NCBI GenBank assembly: GCA_964035545.1
Contig: OZ037768.1
Span: forward strand, 1,178,001-1,242,000
Direction of reading: 5' to 3'
Source: Bugula neritina
Lineage: Eukaryota; Animalia; Bryozoa
Length of the DNA: 64,000 nucleotides
The notes below the pieces were generated by a model. The model was not told the DNA's origin, did not search any database, and saw only the letters and a list, made by a program, of their open reading frames with translations. The translations under genes and the position numbers were made by a program. Below, in pieces: positions 14,001-25,724 of the stretch; the stretch's first letter is position 1; each line of letters opens with the position of its first letter.

Positions 14001-17000
14001 GTTTAGTAGCTAGCACTGAGAGAGTTACTGTTCACGTGTTTAGTAGCTAGCACTGAGTGAGTTACTGTCCACGTGTTTAGTAGCTAGCACTGAGTGAGTT
14101 ACTGTCCACGTGTTTAGTAGCTAGCACTAAGAGAGTTACTGTCCACGTGTTTAGTAGCTAGTACTAAGAGAGTTACTGTCCACGTGTTTAGTAGCTAGCA
14201 CTGAGTGAGTTACTGTTCACGTGTTTAGTAGCTAGTACTAAGAGAGTTACTGTCCACGTGTTTAGTAGCTAGTACTAAGTGAGTTACTGTCCATGTGTTT
14301 AGTAGCTAGCACTGAGAGAGTTACTGTCCATGTGTTTAGCCTGATTTTGAGACAAGTGAACGTAGTGATAGAATATCAGATTCAGTGATGATTTGAATGG
14401 TAGACTCAGTGTGTTAGTCTCATGTGAAATTTATGTAGGTCAAGGTTATACAGATGTTATACAGGAAACTGTATGTCACTGTTACTATTGCTCTTCTTCA
14501 GGATACGAAGATCTCACGCGGCCCGTTGAGGTCAAGGCCGGCTCCATGCAGGACATAACTTTCAAACTGAAGCGTAACGTAAACTACATGCCTTACCACA
14601 ATGCATCAGACATGAGAGTTCTACTGGAGGATATAACCAACCACGACTCTAGCATAGCCTCCATATACAGGTAACGTTTCACTTACACCTTGTCTACAGG
14701 TAATGCTTTACTTACTTCTTGTATACAGTTGATATTTTACTTACTTCTTGTGTAAAGTTAATACTTTACTTACTTCTTGTATACAGTTAATACTTTACTT
14801 ACTTCTTGTCAACATATACAAGTATGTTATTGTTGGGAAGTTGAGTCACCTCTTTCAGCACTCCCAGAGTTCTGAGAAACCAAACGAGTCGTAGAGATGT
14901 TGTTCTTGTAGTATCGGCAAATCGGTGAAAGGAAGTGACCTCAATGTCATCCAGATAACCAGCAGTGAGACTTTACAAGCTCATAAGCCGAGAGTAGCCA
15001 TTGTGGGAGGAGTTCACGGAAATGAGGCGGTGTCCGTGGAAATAGCGATTGCCTTCGCCAGGTACCTCATCAGGAGTGCCGCTCATGACATCAACATTGC
15101 GCAGGTAACTGCTCCTTACCCAGTTGCAGCGTGTTGTGATAACACAGCAAACATGACCCGTGTGTATGTCACATGACCACTGTGTATGTCACATGACCCG
15201 TGTGTATGTCACATGACCAGTGTGTATGTCACATAAGCTGTGTGTATGTCACATGACCACTGTGTGCTGTACTCATACTGATGTTACTGTGTAGTTGGTG
15301 AAGACTACCGACATACACATCCTGCCGATGGTGAACCCTGACGGCGCTGCCAAGTCTACTGCTGACTGCAAGTCTCACATCGGACAGGTCAATGAGAACG
15401 GAGTCGACCTTGACACCAACTTTCCAGGTTCATTTCAATGATTTCTCGATTGTATCCGTCTGTTTTCAAATACCTGGATTATTTTTCTCATAGAAGTTTT
15501 ACTGAAAACTTTTATCAGTCTGTTTTGATGTGATGTGACTCTTCAACTAATTGTAATGTGTTTATATATAACTATACAGTAACCATGCAGTAACTACACT
15601 ACTGTAATACCCCACTACTACTGCTCCACCTTGCCCTTGTATCTGATTACTGAATAGAGATTGTCTGCTCCTGTATCCACCAGGTTCTGGACCAGCTAAA
15701 CAGCAGCAACCAGAGACTGCGGCCATCATTGCCTGGCTGAGGGACCGTGAGTTCAACCTACTGCTACATTTACGGGGCGGTGCCAATGCCGTCTCCTACC
15801 CGTATGACTCGTCTCCGAATGGAGGCGCAGGCCACCACATCACCCACCAGTCGGCCCTGTTGGAATACCTCTCCAGTGCCTATGCCTCTCAGCCTACACT
15901 CAAGGCCTTTTGGGAGGACAACTTCCACTGCCCTGCTCCAAGTAATGATTACACTTTTATGGTCTGATGGGGTAATACACATATTACTATATTACACATA
16001 TACTTGTAATATGTTAGGTACACATAATATACTTGTAGTACATTACATGTATATTTGTAAGTTGTCTGCTCATTCTGCAGGTGCAAATGGAGTAATAAAT
16101 GGTGCGAAGATGAACAGTCATTACGGTAGCCTGGGAGACTATGCTTACGACTCTACGGGTGCCCTCCCCCTCACTGTGTACACTGGTTGCTGCTTCAAAC
16201 CTGAGGCTACAGAACTGGCTCAGGTCTGGAACAGTCACAGAGCGTCATTAGTCAACATTCTTGGCAAGGTAGGAGTCACAGGAGTTGTCTTCTTTTATAT
16301 ACGTGAAGTATTCCAGCTATCTACTGTTTGCTGACGAAGTTCTATGACTAGCCTTTCTCTCAAAGTTGCTGTCTACTGTACTGTCAGCTTGTCCTTCTAC
16401 GCATAATACCAGCATCTTTCTTTTATATATCCAGTTGAAAATTCGTTGTTTTCTTATAATTAAACTGCATTCTCACCCAGCTTATGTAATTCCTCACTCA
16501 GATACACAACGGGATTGAGGTAACTGTAGTAGACGACTCCAATAAGCCCATATCCAACGCCATCATCACTATTAACGAAACTAAGATGGTGCAAAAGACC
16601 AATGAGAAGGGAGTATTTTACGCTGTCAGTCAACCAGGCATTTATGAGGTGAAGAGTGAAGCCCCCGGCTACGCTCCTGTAGTGAAGGTTTGTCTACTTT
16701 TCTCTCTCACACACCCCCCCCCCTCTCCTACATCCTCCCCTATCAGTAGGTGTCTACCATTTCGCAGTCTCGCTGAAAGTGTTATAAATTAGACTGTTTA
16801 GACAGTATTTTAGCTGGTGTTAGAAAAAATGGTTGAATATCTTTGACAGTAGATATATGCAGCTAACAAAGACATTCACTTGAAAATCTCTTGCAATCTG
16901 CAGATACCGGTTTTTTTTCAATTATTTTCGAGATGTATTAGGACTAGCTTGATGGACTGGAGCTCTAGCGGTATTACCAGGTAACATCACATTGTATCCA

Positions 17001-18461
17001 CCAGCGGTATTACCAGGTAACACCACATTGTATCTACTAATATATCTCCTAGTAATCTCTACCTTCCCTTCTGGTGTCATGTAGGAAGTGGAAGTGGTTC
17101 TCGGAGCACACTTGTCACTCAACATCGTCGTGCCTCGGGACCAGATCCTCGGCATGAATAAGAAGACTTTCATTGCTGGTACAGGTAGGTGCACCTGTAC
17201 TGTGTGTTTACTGCTGTGTGTTAACTGCTGTGTGTTATGTGATATAAATTTAGAAAACATGCACATAATAACTATATAAATTATACTGCTTTAACTATAC
17301 TTTTTGATTCTGTGGCAGTATTCCATCCTGTGGCATGGCTGGTTACATTTCTCAGTTTATCTCACCTCTACTTGATATAATGTTTACTCTTGTAAATATG
17401 TATGACTTTGTGATTTACATTTCCACCTCTCACCTCAACGAGTTCTGAAGATGACTTGTATGAAGTAAGATTTACAGCTATTCAGTTTCAATGTTGGTTC
17501 AGGAGTTGTCTTGTTGAGTTACATGTTTGGCACCTGACTTGGGGGAGACAATGCATGATGGGGTGGTAGAATTAGGTCATCTATCTCTGTTCTACCATAT
17601 AAGTAGCTAGAATATAATTAGCTAGCACTGGAACAGTATTGCTCTAGTATTTCACTAATTAGTTTATATACATGTCAACCATTGATTTTAGTCTCTCTTT
17701 CACCACCTCTGTAATTATTTACCTGAATTTTCTCATGTGGGGGTTTATTCACACTTGTCTATCTACCACTGCCTCCCTCTGGCACCCAGCAGCTCACAGA
17801 GTAATCTTCTGCTGCCATAGCTCACCGGTGCTGTCGCTCTTTGCACTATGCCTAAGCAGCACCTGAGATATACTTTGGGATAATTATACCATCACTAAAT
17901 CAAAATAGAATAACTAAATAAATATAAATACTTTATAGTTGTTTTTCTAGTAAATACTCAACTTGACTAATTCACATTCTTTAGTGATATATCAGAATTT
18001 AGGGCAGTTGTTGTAGCCCCATGAGAAAGCAACTCCAGTTTTCACCCTGGTCGTCTAATAAATTATAGCACCTGTCACCACTTGCCAAACTGATTGTAAT
18101 ACTAGCCTACATGCTGTATAGTGGAATGCTATATTCTTGTATAATATGTTGCTGTATGTTATGTTGCTGTGTGTTATGGTAGTGAAGGGTGTGTTGGCTC
18201 TGTGTTGTAGTTGCAGCCGCCGTGCTTCTCGTACTTTCCACGCTGCTGTTGCTCTGCTGCTGCTGTTACAAGGAGAAGTCGTCTTCCCTCTTCAAAGGCA
18301 ACGGCTTTCACTCTCTCAGGACGTACGAAGACGATTATTCATTCAACAGCAAATCTGCGTTACTTCAAAATACTTACAGGGATGAGGAGGAAACAGACTC
18401 TGACTTCGATGTGTTTGATAGGCCGAAGTTTAATGGACACGCCTACAAACCTATCAAATAA
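167..18461 (+). CDS. CPD: Carboxypeptidase D (M14B metallocarboxypeptidase), 5'-truncated by the window; at least four CP repeats, TM helix and cytosolic tail
   Basis: Phase-consistent GT-AG exons: 167-336, 591-754, 1263-1421, 1806-1997, 2351-2518, 2778-2896, 3155-3254, 3928-4070, 4391-4560, 5142-5352, 5893-6053, 7102-7329, 9859-10102, 10416-10524, 11887-12042, 14502-14670, 14912-15104, 15295-15427, 15684-15941, 16081-16268, 16502-16687, 17085-17184, 18211-18461. Motifs: [72 protein letters not shown]. Transthyretin-like domains ([20 protein letters not shown]). TM segment [15 protein letters not shown] followed by CCCC, GFHSL and acidic EEETDSDFD tail. Confidence 0.95.
1602..1778. repeat. 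18-bp intronic minisatellite (AGTGTGTAGTGTAAGTAC, ~10 copies)
   Basis: Tandem units just upstream of the acceptor at 1806; each unit contains GTAAGT. Confidence 0.9.
2055..2322. repeat. 24-bp AT-rich intronic minisatellite (TAGTATATATTATACTGGTTTATA)
   Basis: About 11 tandem copies ending just before the acceptor at 2351. Confidence 0.9.
2545..2718. repeat. Degenerate CT-rich intronic minisatellite (core CTCAGACTATAC)
   Basis: About 7 imperfect copies downstream of the donor at 2519. Confidence 0.75.
2900..3122. repeat. 22-bp intronic minisatellite (GTATCCTCTCTATCTATAGATA) with one inverted unit
   Basis: Starts at donor 2897; contains a 27-bp perfect inverted repeat at 3002-3028/3033-3059. 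Confidence 0.9.
3637..3934 (+). repeat. 32-36-bp acceptor-spanning tandem repeat, 9 copies
   Basis: CTAC(G/A)TAG|GTGGTAT with AG ending at 3661, 3693, 3725, 3759, 3795, 3829, 3863, 3895, 3927; the last is the inferred coding acceptor. Confidence 0.92.
4123..4413 (+). repeat. 47-bp acceptor-spanning tandem repeat, 6 copies
   Basis: TTACTTTACCTTACAG|GTACACAAGGGGGT with AG ending at 4155, 4202, 4249, 4296, 4343, 4390. Confidence 0.95.
5025..5130. repeat. 20-bp intronic minisatellite (ATTGCCCTGTATTTCATAGT)
   Basis: About 5 copies abutting the acceptor at 5142. Confidence 0.8.
5344..5462 (+). repeat. 21-bp donor-spanning tandem repeat, 6 copies
   Basis: CACCTGATA|GTAAGTGTATAT; donors at 5353, 5374, 5395, 5416, 5437, 5458. 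Confidence 0.95.
9560..9851. repeat. CT-rich intronic minisatellite (CTCTCTCCATGTCTATGTCA, variable length)
   Basis: Runs up to the acceptor at 9859. Confidence 0.9.
10105..10392. repeat. 29-bp intronic minisatellite (GATACCCTATTCTACGGTGTAGGTATAGT), ~10 copies
   Basis: Fills nearly all of intron 10103-10415; most units contain TAG|GTA. Confidence 0.92.
10663..11242. repeat. (CCCTCT)n/(CT)n polypyrimidine microsatellite, ~580 bp
   Basis: An essentially pure C/T tract on the + strand. Confidence 0.97.
12050..12905. repeat. ~45-bp intronic minisatellite with internal TACTA subrepeats
   Basis: Begins immediately after donor 12043; CTACCWCCTGTCTCTTCTATATATACTATACTATACTACTCTACT-like units. Confidence 0.92.
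13191..14339. repeat. 37-bp tandem repeat, ~31 copies (AGTAGCTAGCACTGAGTGAGTTACTGTYCACGTGTTT)
   Basis: A homogeneous head-to-tail array without spacers. Confidence 0.97.
14664..14809 (+). repeat. 29-bp donor-spanning tandem repeat, ~5 copies
   Basis: TACAG|GTAA at 14671 and 14700; later copies read TACAG|TTGA or |TTAA. Confidence 0.85.
15151..15266. repeat. 20-bp intronic minisatellite (TGTGTATGTCACATGACCAC)
   Basis: About 5-6 copies in the 190-bp intron 15105-15294. Confidence 0.9.
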
Positions 18462-20603
18462 GGGTATACCGAGCTAACTGTATTCCACTTAGGTGTCTTA
18501 TATCATTAGTCATGAATAATTGTTTACAGAATAATATTGAATTATTTTAATAAAATGTATACATGTTGCATTTCTTCAGACTGGTATCCGTTCCATATAT
18601 TATATAACATTGTAAGACGTTCTGTCTTCTCCCTAAAGTAAATAATTATTTACTTTTATATAAATTTATTAGTATCATCTACTGTACAAGGAACTCATCT
18701 TTTTATCTCCATTTTGTCAACAAAAATACTATTTTATTGTTGTAAACCACAACTAAAGTCTACTAAAATCAAGTTTATATGCATAAAAATATTTTTATAT
18801 ATTTTTATTTTGAATGTTGTAATCAAGTTATGTTGTTAATAAACGGGTTACTGTTCAGTATGGCAGTATTTAATTCTTTGAAGCCTTGGCATTTGGGTGG
18901 TGGTGGCAGCACTAGTACTAGTAGTGGTAGTAGTAGCACTAGTAGTAGTAGCAGTAGTACTGCAGTAATAGTAGCAGTAGTACTGGTGGTGGTAGTAGCT
19001 GTTGAGAATCTTTACTTGAACCATATATATTTGCAAGGAACTACAAGAATGAATATTCAAGACGTTAGGTAAATTATTAGAGTAAATTACAATATGGCTT
19101 TAGAAGCCTAGATCTACTAACAAATTGTCAAATAATATTCTGTTGTGGGCTTGTGGTAATTGTGTTGGCCTATTGGAATTTGTTCGCCTAATTTGTTAAT
19201 GGATTTGCTCTACTTTTAAATGTAGTTTGGCGATTCAAGTTTGTGTCTTTTGTTGGCATACCAATAGAATAGCCGAGTGTGCGGGTATGCGGCGCTATTG
19301 TGTGTTTCCGGTTAATGTAGTGCTTTGAAAAATAACTTACTTTACTTCTAATTGAATTTAAGTTCGGATAAACCAAGTATTCAATAATGAAAATGAATAC
19401 CTATTTTTGGTCACTTCATTATTATTAAGTAATTATCTCCTTCATTACATCTGTTTATGTTCTAGACTTTTCACTATCAGCAGTACTATTAGTATTACAA
19501 TGTCAAGTGAATCACTTACAGTTACACTTACTGACTTAGGTCTTAGAGTTGGAGTTAGACTTACAGCAATGTCATTGTCTGAGTAAGACTAAGAGTTGGT
19601 CTAAGTCGTAAAAATTAACATAGTTATACTTTAACTTAGTCCTGGTGAATGTTGATGTTCATGTTAATGCTGATCGACTTGCTCTTAGACTTAGAATTAG
19701 AATATAAAACATAAACAAATACAATATGAATATGTACAACTATAGGTATAAGTATAAGACCAAGTATAAGTGTATCACTAATCACTATATCAATATGTAT
19801 AACTATTTTTAATGTTAACTGTGTTTTTAGTGATTTAGTTTAGCTGATAAGTGATAAAACATAAGTCGAAATTAAAATAGACATGATAATTTGAATTTTA
19901 TTCAATTTCATAGTAATACTAATACTAATAGTAAATACTAAATATTAATACTAATAGTAAAATAAATGGTGACAATTATAATGATAGTATTACTATTAGT
20001 GTTACTATTAGTATTTGTATTACTGTTATTATTAGTATTATTATTACTATTAGTATTACTATTAGTATTAGTAATAATAATAGTATTAGTTATATCTTAT
20101 TTGAATAACATTTTTATTATTTCAATTTATGTTATCACTTAATATAAATTATTAAATATACAATGACATTGCCTATTAACATGTTGATGTTGATGATCTG
20201 CTACATAATCATGATCATCATGATCATCATGATTATGGTAGTATCGAGAGTAAAACATACACATATATGAAATATCGCAGTCATACCACTACCCATAGTG
20301 ATAGATTAAAGCTTACAATAAATAATTCAAAAATAATTGTTAGTAAGTTTTCGCACAATCAGTGTGATGTTTTACTGTAACTAATATTAATATACTAGTA
20401 AGAAATACTTCATCTACTCGTACAGTGTGATTGTATCAAATCACATCACAATAAAAGCATGTTTATGCAAGTAATGTTTGATTGAAACTTTTAATAGTAG
20501 CTAATAATTCTTAATACTTATTTGGCTTCAAGGTGGATAGTTTGCAATCTCAGATGATCTCTCTGTACTTTTACTTAACTTTTTAACACAGGCTGTTGCT
20601 GCT

Positions 20604-21913
20604 ATGCCTACAAATTCCATCTCAGTCAACCTTCCTGGTGACGTCATAGACACAGAACAACTAGGTATTAAAAGTAAAAAATTGTTGATTGGCCCTGGAT
20701 TAAGCAAGCATGACGGGGACACTATACAAGCATGCAAGGCCGGGTCCCTTAAGCTCAGAACTGAAGGCGGATGCACACTCTGGATAGACAATCAACAGAA
20801 GCGGGTACTAATCACATGACCAGACTGCAACTTCTCATTCTGCATCTCACATATTAAATATCGTCACTTAAAGTTGTAATTTTTATTTCACTCAATAGTG
20901 AAGAAATGCCCAACATATATTTTTGTTCAACTGTTTATACTTACGTTTCATGATATTACAGTATGTCGCCACTAAAGGAGACGCTGTAATAGGAGTTGTC
21001 ACTTCACGGCAAACGGACACCTTCATCGTTGATATTGGCACTAGCAGTCCAGCTAGTCTGTCTTATCTCTCCTTTGAGAATGCTACTAAGAAAAACAGAC
21101 CCGACGTGAAGGTAATGCCCAGATGTTGAGTGTGTTAGTGTTTTATAGTTCTGTTTGAAATGGTTCATGCAAATTCATGTGAAGATTTCTGGTAACGGAA
21201 GAATTTGATTTGCGATGTTTTGTTGCGCTGGTACAAGAAAAGAAAATACAAGCAGTATATTATGTGTTGCCTGTAAATCTGATGTCTATTAATTTCTTGC
21301 TATTTACATGGAAAGGAATATATGCTGAGAAACTGTTGCAAGTATTATGCTTTGATGTTTTTCATTAACAATATTTATGGCTGTAATTGATTTGGCTGAA
21401 TTTAGGTAGGAGATATAGTATATGGTAAGCTACTTGTGGCCAACAAACACATGGAGCCTGAGATGGTGTGTATTGACAGCACGGGCAAGGCTAAAGGCAT
21501 GGGAGTTATAAGAACTGGAGGAACCCTAGTCCATATTTCTCTTCAGTGGGCACGCAGGTAAATGTTGTCAACCATTATAGAGAGCTTGTTTTTACCTGCA
21601 TAGATTAACCAACCCCCTAAGACATAAAAATAAGTTACCTCATTGCTTATAAAGTGTAATATTTGTGTATTTATTTATTGTTGTCTCGGTTTACAGACTC
21701 CTGTCCAAGGAATGTGCGTTTCTTAGTCTACTGGGAGATAAGCTGCCGTATGAAGTTACGGTTGGTTTGAATGGCAGAGTGTGGGTCAGAGGGCGTTCTG
21801 TTGAGGAAACAGTTATCATCATCAATTTACTCAAAAACAGTGAAACTATTCCAGACAGAATGATGAGCAAATATATGAACAGAGCTTTAAATAAGCTAGT
21901 TGGAGTAAAGTGA
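20604..21913 (+). CDS. EXOSC3: Exosome complex component RRP40
   Basis: Exons 20604-20804, 20962-21111, 21406-21557, 21697-21913. Motifs [79 protein letters not shown] match the RRP40 N-terminal/S1/KH layout. Confidence 0.95.
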
Positions 21914-24900
21914 GATTTCATGCAGCTTTGAGCACAGTGTATGTATTGTGTACAGGTGTACAGACTACAGAATAAAGTACAGCTGTGACCAATGAAAGGC
22001 CTAAGAGACTTTATTGTAAATATGTCTACATATAGCAATGGATTAGTTGTCATATAGACCTACAACATATATTATTAAGGCTAAACCAACTAAAGACAGC
22101 ATTGTTAGTTTTTTCAAGTGGAAAAGTTGTTGACTTAATTTTTTTTCTTGAGTATATTTTGTTATAAAGTTTATTCTCATGAATAAATTAAAGTTTACTG
22201 CTTTTATAATCTTTCAGCTGGACTTTTCAACTGTCAGTCAATATGTATTAGCAAAACCCAGAGCTCTTGCTTAACATGGGTGTCTCCACATAATTACATA
22301 TAATATAATGCTTTGTACTGATGAGGGGACAACTCCCAAAACAGCTGCTCTTGGCAGATTGAGATATATACATGTATATACTGTATATATATAACATCGT
22401 ATAATAATGTTACCAGTCTACCTTCTCACAATCTCCTGGCTATCCACAAATTTGCCAAAAATCTGCGAGACTTCAGTAATTCTTCAGTGTTGTGTCAAAG
22501 ACCTGAATCTCTTAGAACAAAAGTATACGGCTTTATCAACTATTTTCTGTGCTGGCAGCTTGTTTCAGTTTGATGACTTCGCCAAGTATAAATTTTATGG
22601 GTTAATGTAGTGCGAAATCCATAATCAGTAAGCAAAGCATGCATTCATCAGTTTGAAGCTTAAGGCTAAGTCTAAAATTACACAGCTTCATTTCACTTGT
22701 GGATATTATACGAGATCATATAATTATATCTTCCAGTGGTGGATATTCCTATATATCACAATATACAAACACATGTAATACAGTGATGGATATTATATGC
22801 GAATATAGGGCACTCAGTTGCATTGCTGCAGCGTGGAGGCTGCAAGGAAAGTTGACAAACACACAGACACTTAGCCAACATATTTGATGTATCAAATCAA
22901 CCATTGAGACTCACAAAAACACACTATAATGTGTGACCAACTTACTATTCAATATTTACATTGTGATTCACTATACAATATATTTACATTGTGGCTGACT
23001 ATAAAAAACTACATTGTGACTGGGCAATTATTAAACCTTTGTTGTGACATAATGGCAACATTTAGTATTATTGGCTTATAGTTCTACAACTATACATTAT
23101 AGTAATTGACACTATCGGATAGCTTGCTATTTATACATGGTGCTTCATCATTTTTTATAGTTGTTGCACTTTTATCTGTTGAACCATTTCTATCGTTGGC
23201 AGTTAAGCTCTAACATATCAATAAACCACTTTATATTGACAACATTCTAACTGACCTAATAAGGTAAGTGTTTACCCTCTGTTTTAAGTAGAATTGTAGT
23301 AGATCTCATTGGTATGATTATAGAAACTAGAGTTCTAATAAGTTCTCTGATATGAGCTAAAATTATTCACTCTACACATTAGCTGCTGCCTGAAGACAGC
23401 CAATAGAAGCTAGAGACAGCATGGCTAGGAAATTGACAAAGTGTAGACCACCAATCCCTAAGGCCATACTCTAAGTGCAAAATTATCCGCTAAATAAGTT
23501 GCATTATGTACACAAACTATTAGATGCAGTTGATTAAAAACTCGCAGCAGCTATAATAAAATATGTTTTGCATATCCATTATATGAGCTGCTTTCATAAT
23601 TCAACGTCTCAATGCATTCCTAAAAATCAATTTAACAGTTTTTGTGCACACAGTCTGCATGTCCCAGGTGCACGAGAGACTGTTCATAGAGATGTGTAAC
23701 AGCTAGCGGTGATAAGTCCAGCACTCTTATAATCTTGTTGATAGGTAAAGTGCAATACATCTTCAACTGTTGCAAACAGAAAGATACAGTTAGTCTGAGA
23801 ACTGACCAGCAATAGACTGAGTTTTAACAAAGAACTATGGGACTCTCTAAATACCTCTGCTGTGGAACTAAGGCTCCTGGAAATGCAGGTAGGAGGCATT
23901 AACTCTATATTTTTTTTCAATTTATGATTTCTTTTTCCAGAATTATGTTGCTAAAGATGAAAACATTTACAGCCTAACTGCTTTTCCAGCAAATTCATTA
24001 CAATTTTTAAACATATTCTAGCTTTGATATAAACAATTTGGGAATTGCACCCCTTGGCAATGTTTACTTATTGCTGTATAAAGCATTTTTACAAAGTAAT
24101 CATTGCCTACAAAATTACTAAACTATGGTGAACTAATGCTATACATACTCACACAGTTCATTGTTTATGAAAAGACGATTTACCCTCAAATATATGTTTT
24201 ACAAATCAAAACCTAAAGTCTGGTATATGGCAGTGTAAAGATATTTGACTTTAAATAAAAGTCTTCAATGTCATCAAACTTTGCTTGTTGGAATATTTGC
24301 TAACCAAATGTCATTGCATGCAGTACAAAGTTATATTGGTCCTGCAGCAATAACCATCAAAGGGAAAAGGAAATGTTTTGTTACTGTGTAAGGGAAATAA
24401 AGCAATATGTTGATTTAGTACAGAATACCAGCTTACAACTCAGTTTCATTCACACAGCTGCTAGAAAATAGTGATATCTATCCTGTAGTTATGTAGTTAT
24501 GTCTCCCCCCCCCCCCCTTGTTTTCTGCACTTCTTTATAGCTCATATGTTCTTCTTTTAACTAAAAGGTAGAAAATTCTGACTTTACTTCTTTATTCATT
24601 GAGCTCTAAGAATAAGTTTGTATGTTACACAGAGCTCTAGAGTTTAGAAAAACACTCGTTAGAGTATTCTATACCAACTCTACCACTTTTGTTCACACAT
24701 TTTACACACAGCATATTCAATGCTGAGTAGACAACTCTCACTGCTATTTTCCTTCACTTTGTAATCTGAACGGAGCATATAATATCCTTGACTGTTAAAA
24801 GTGCGTTCAGCTACTTCATGTAAAACTGAGCGGAGGTAACTTTCTCTCTATGTGAAGTAGAAAGGGGGTTAGGGAGGGGCGGAGAAAAGGGGTAGTAGAC

Positions 24901-25619
24901 TGTACCGGTTTAGAGAAGCATAGATGAGTGTTAGGCTCTAAAAGCTGCTTGCACAAGTACTGAATGGAAGAGAGGTATGCAATTCTACACATGCACAATC
25001 AGTGGTTTACACTGATGGTTATATTGTACTTTATATAAATCAGTAAATTTCTAGCTATTTATTTGCACAAATGGCCAAGTTGGCTGGATAATTTTGCATT
25101 TGACTTGAGCATAGACTACATATACTGCATTGTTGTATACTGATGGAACAAAGGCTAACCGAAGCTGTTAATATTTCAATCAGTATTTCGAGTTGAAACT
25201 AGGTCACAAGGGAGGAATACTCCCTATATAGAAAGCCTGCAGCCATGCAACACATTTGTAAATACTTCAAGAAGTCATGATTTTCATAAAAACGACCTGC
25301 AAGTTTTTTTTCTACACATTTTGAGAGACAGTGTAAAATTTTTGGAAAAAATTTTTACTAGAAGACCGGATTTTGCAAACTTCCACCTGCTTTACTATAT
25401 GCAAGGAGTGCTTCAACATTCCTTACACATTCCAGTGACCAAGAAGGCTCACTACCTGCATGTCTTGAGATATGTGGGTGTAGTCAGGTGTTAACACAAC
25501 TCATGTCTACGAGATAATATCAATATTGAAGAAGCATTTTCAAGCTGCCTCATAATACCCTAATAATATGCCTCATTAAACCTGCATCCCTTTCAAGTGC
25601 TGCGACATAGCCTGAGGAC

Positions 25620-25724
25620 TTCTGCTCGTAGCAATATTGACTGGATGACCTCACCAATAGCCGGTACTGTGCCCTTGACCTAGCCCTAAGCCAGTGCTCT
25701 AACCACTAGGCCACAGCTGCTCCC
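25620..25724 (-). mobile_element. Possible tRNA-derived SINE head (degenerate)
   Basis: The minus strand reads GGGAGCAGCTGTGGCCTAGTGGTTAGAGCACTGG (Pol III A-box-like); the B box is degenerate. A similar A-box-like TGGCCCAGTGGTTAAAG lies at ~25962 (+). Confidence 0.35.

Noticed and set aside
13191-14339. 37-bp repeats resembling a CRISPR array in unit length
   Set aside because: Units are head-to-tail with no unique spacers, there are no cas genes, and the context is a eukaryotic intron.
19847-20142. AT-rich imperfect palindrome upstream of EXOSC3
   Set aside because: Largely complementary low-complexity TAA/TAG runs; no clear TIR or TSD, so it is not called as an element.
23385-23430. Second hammerhead-like CTGAAGA motif
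   Set aside because: No GAAA box or convincing stems.
25690-25724. tRNA gene
   Set aside because: Only an A-box-like segment; no T-arm/B box or cloverleaf, so at most a SINE relic.
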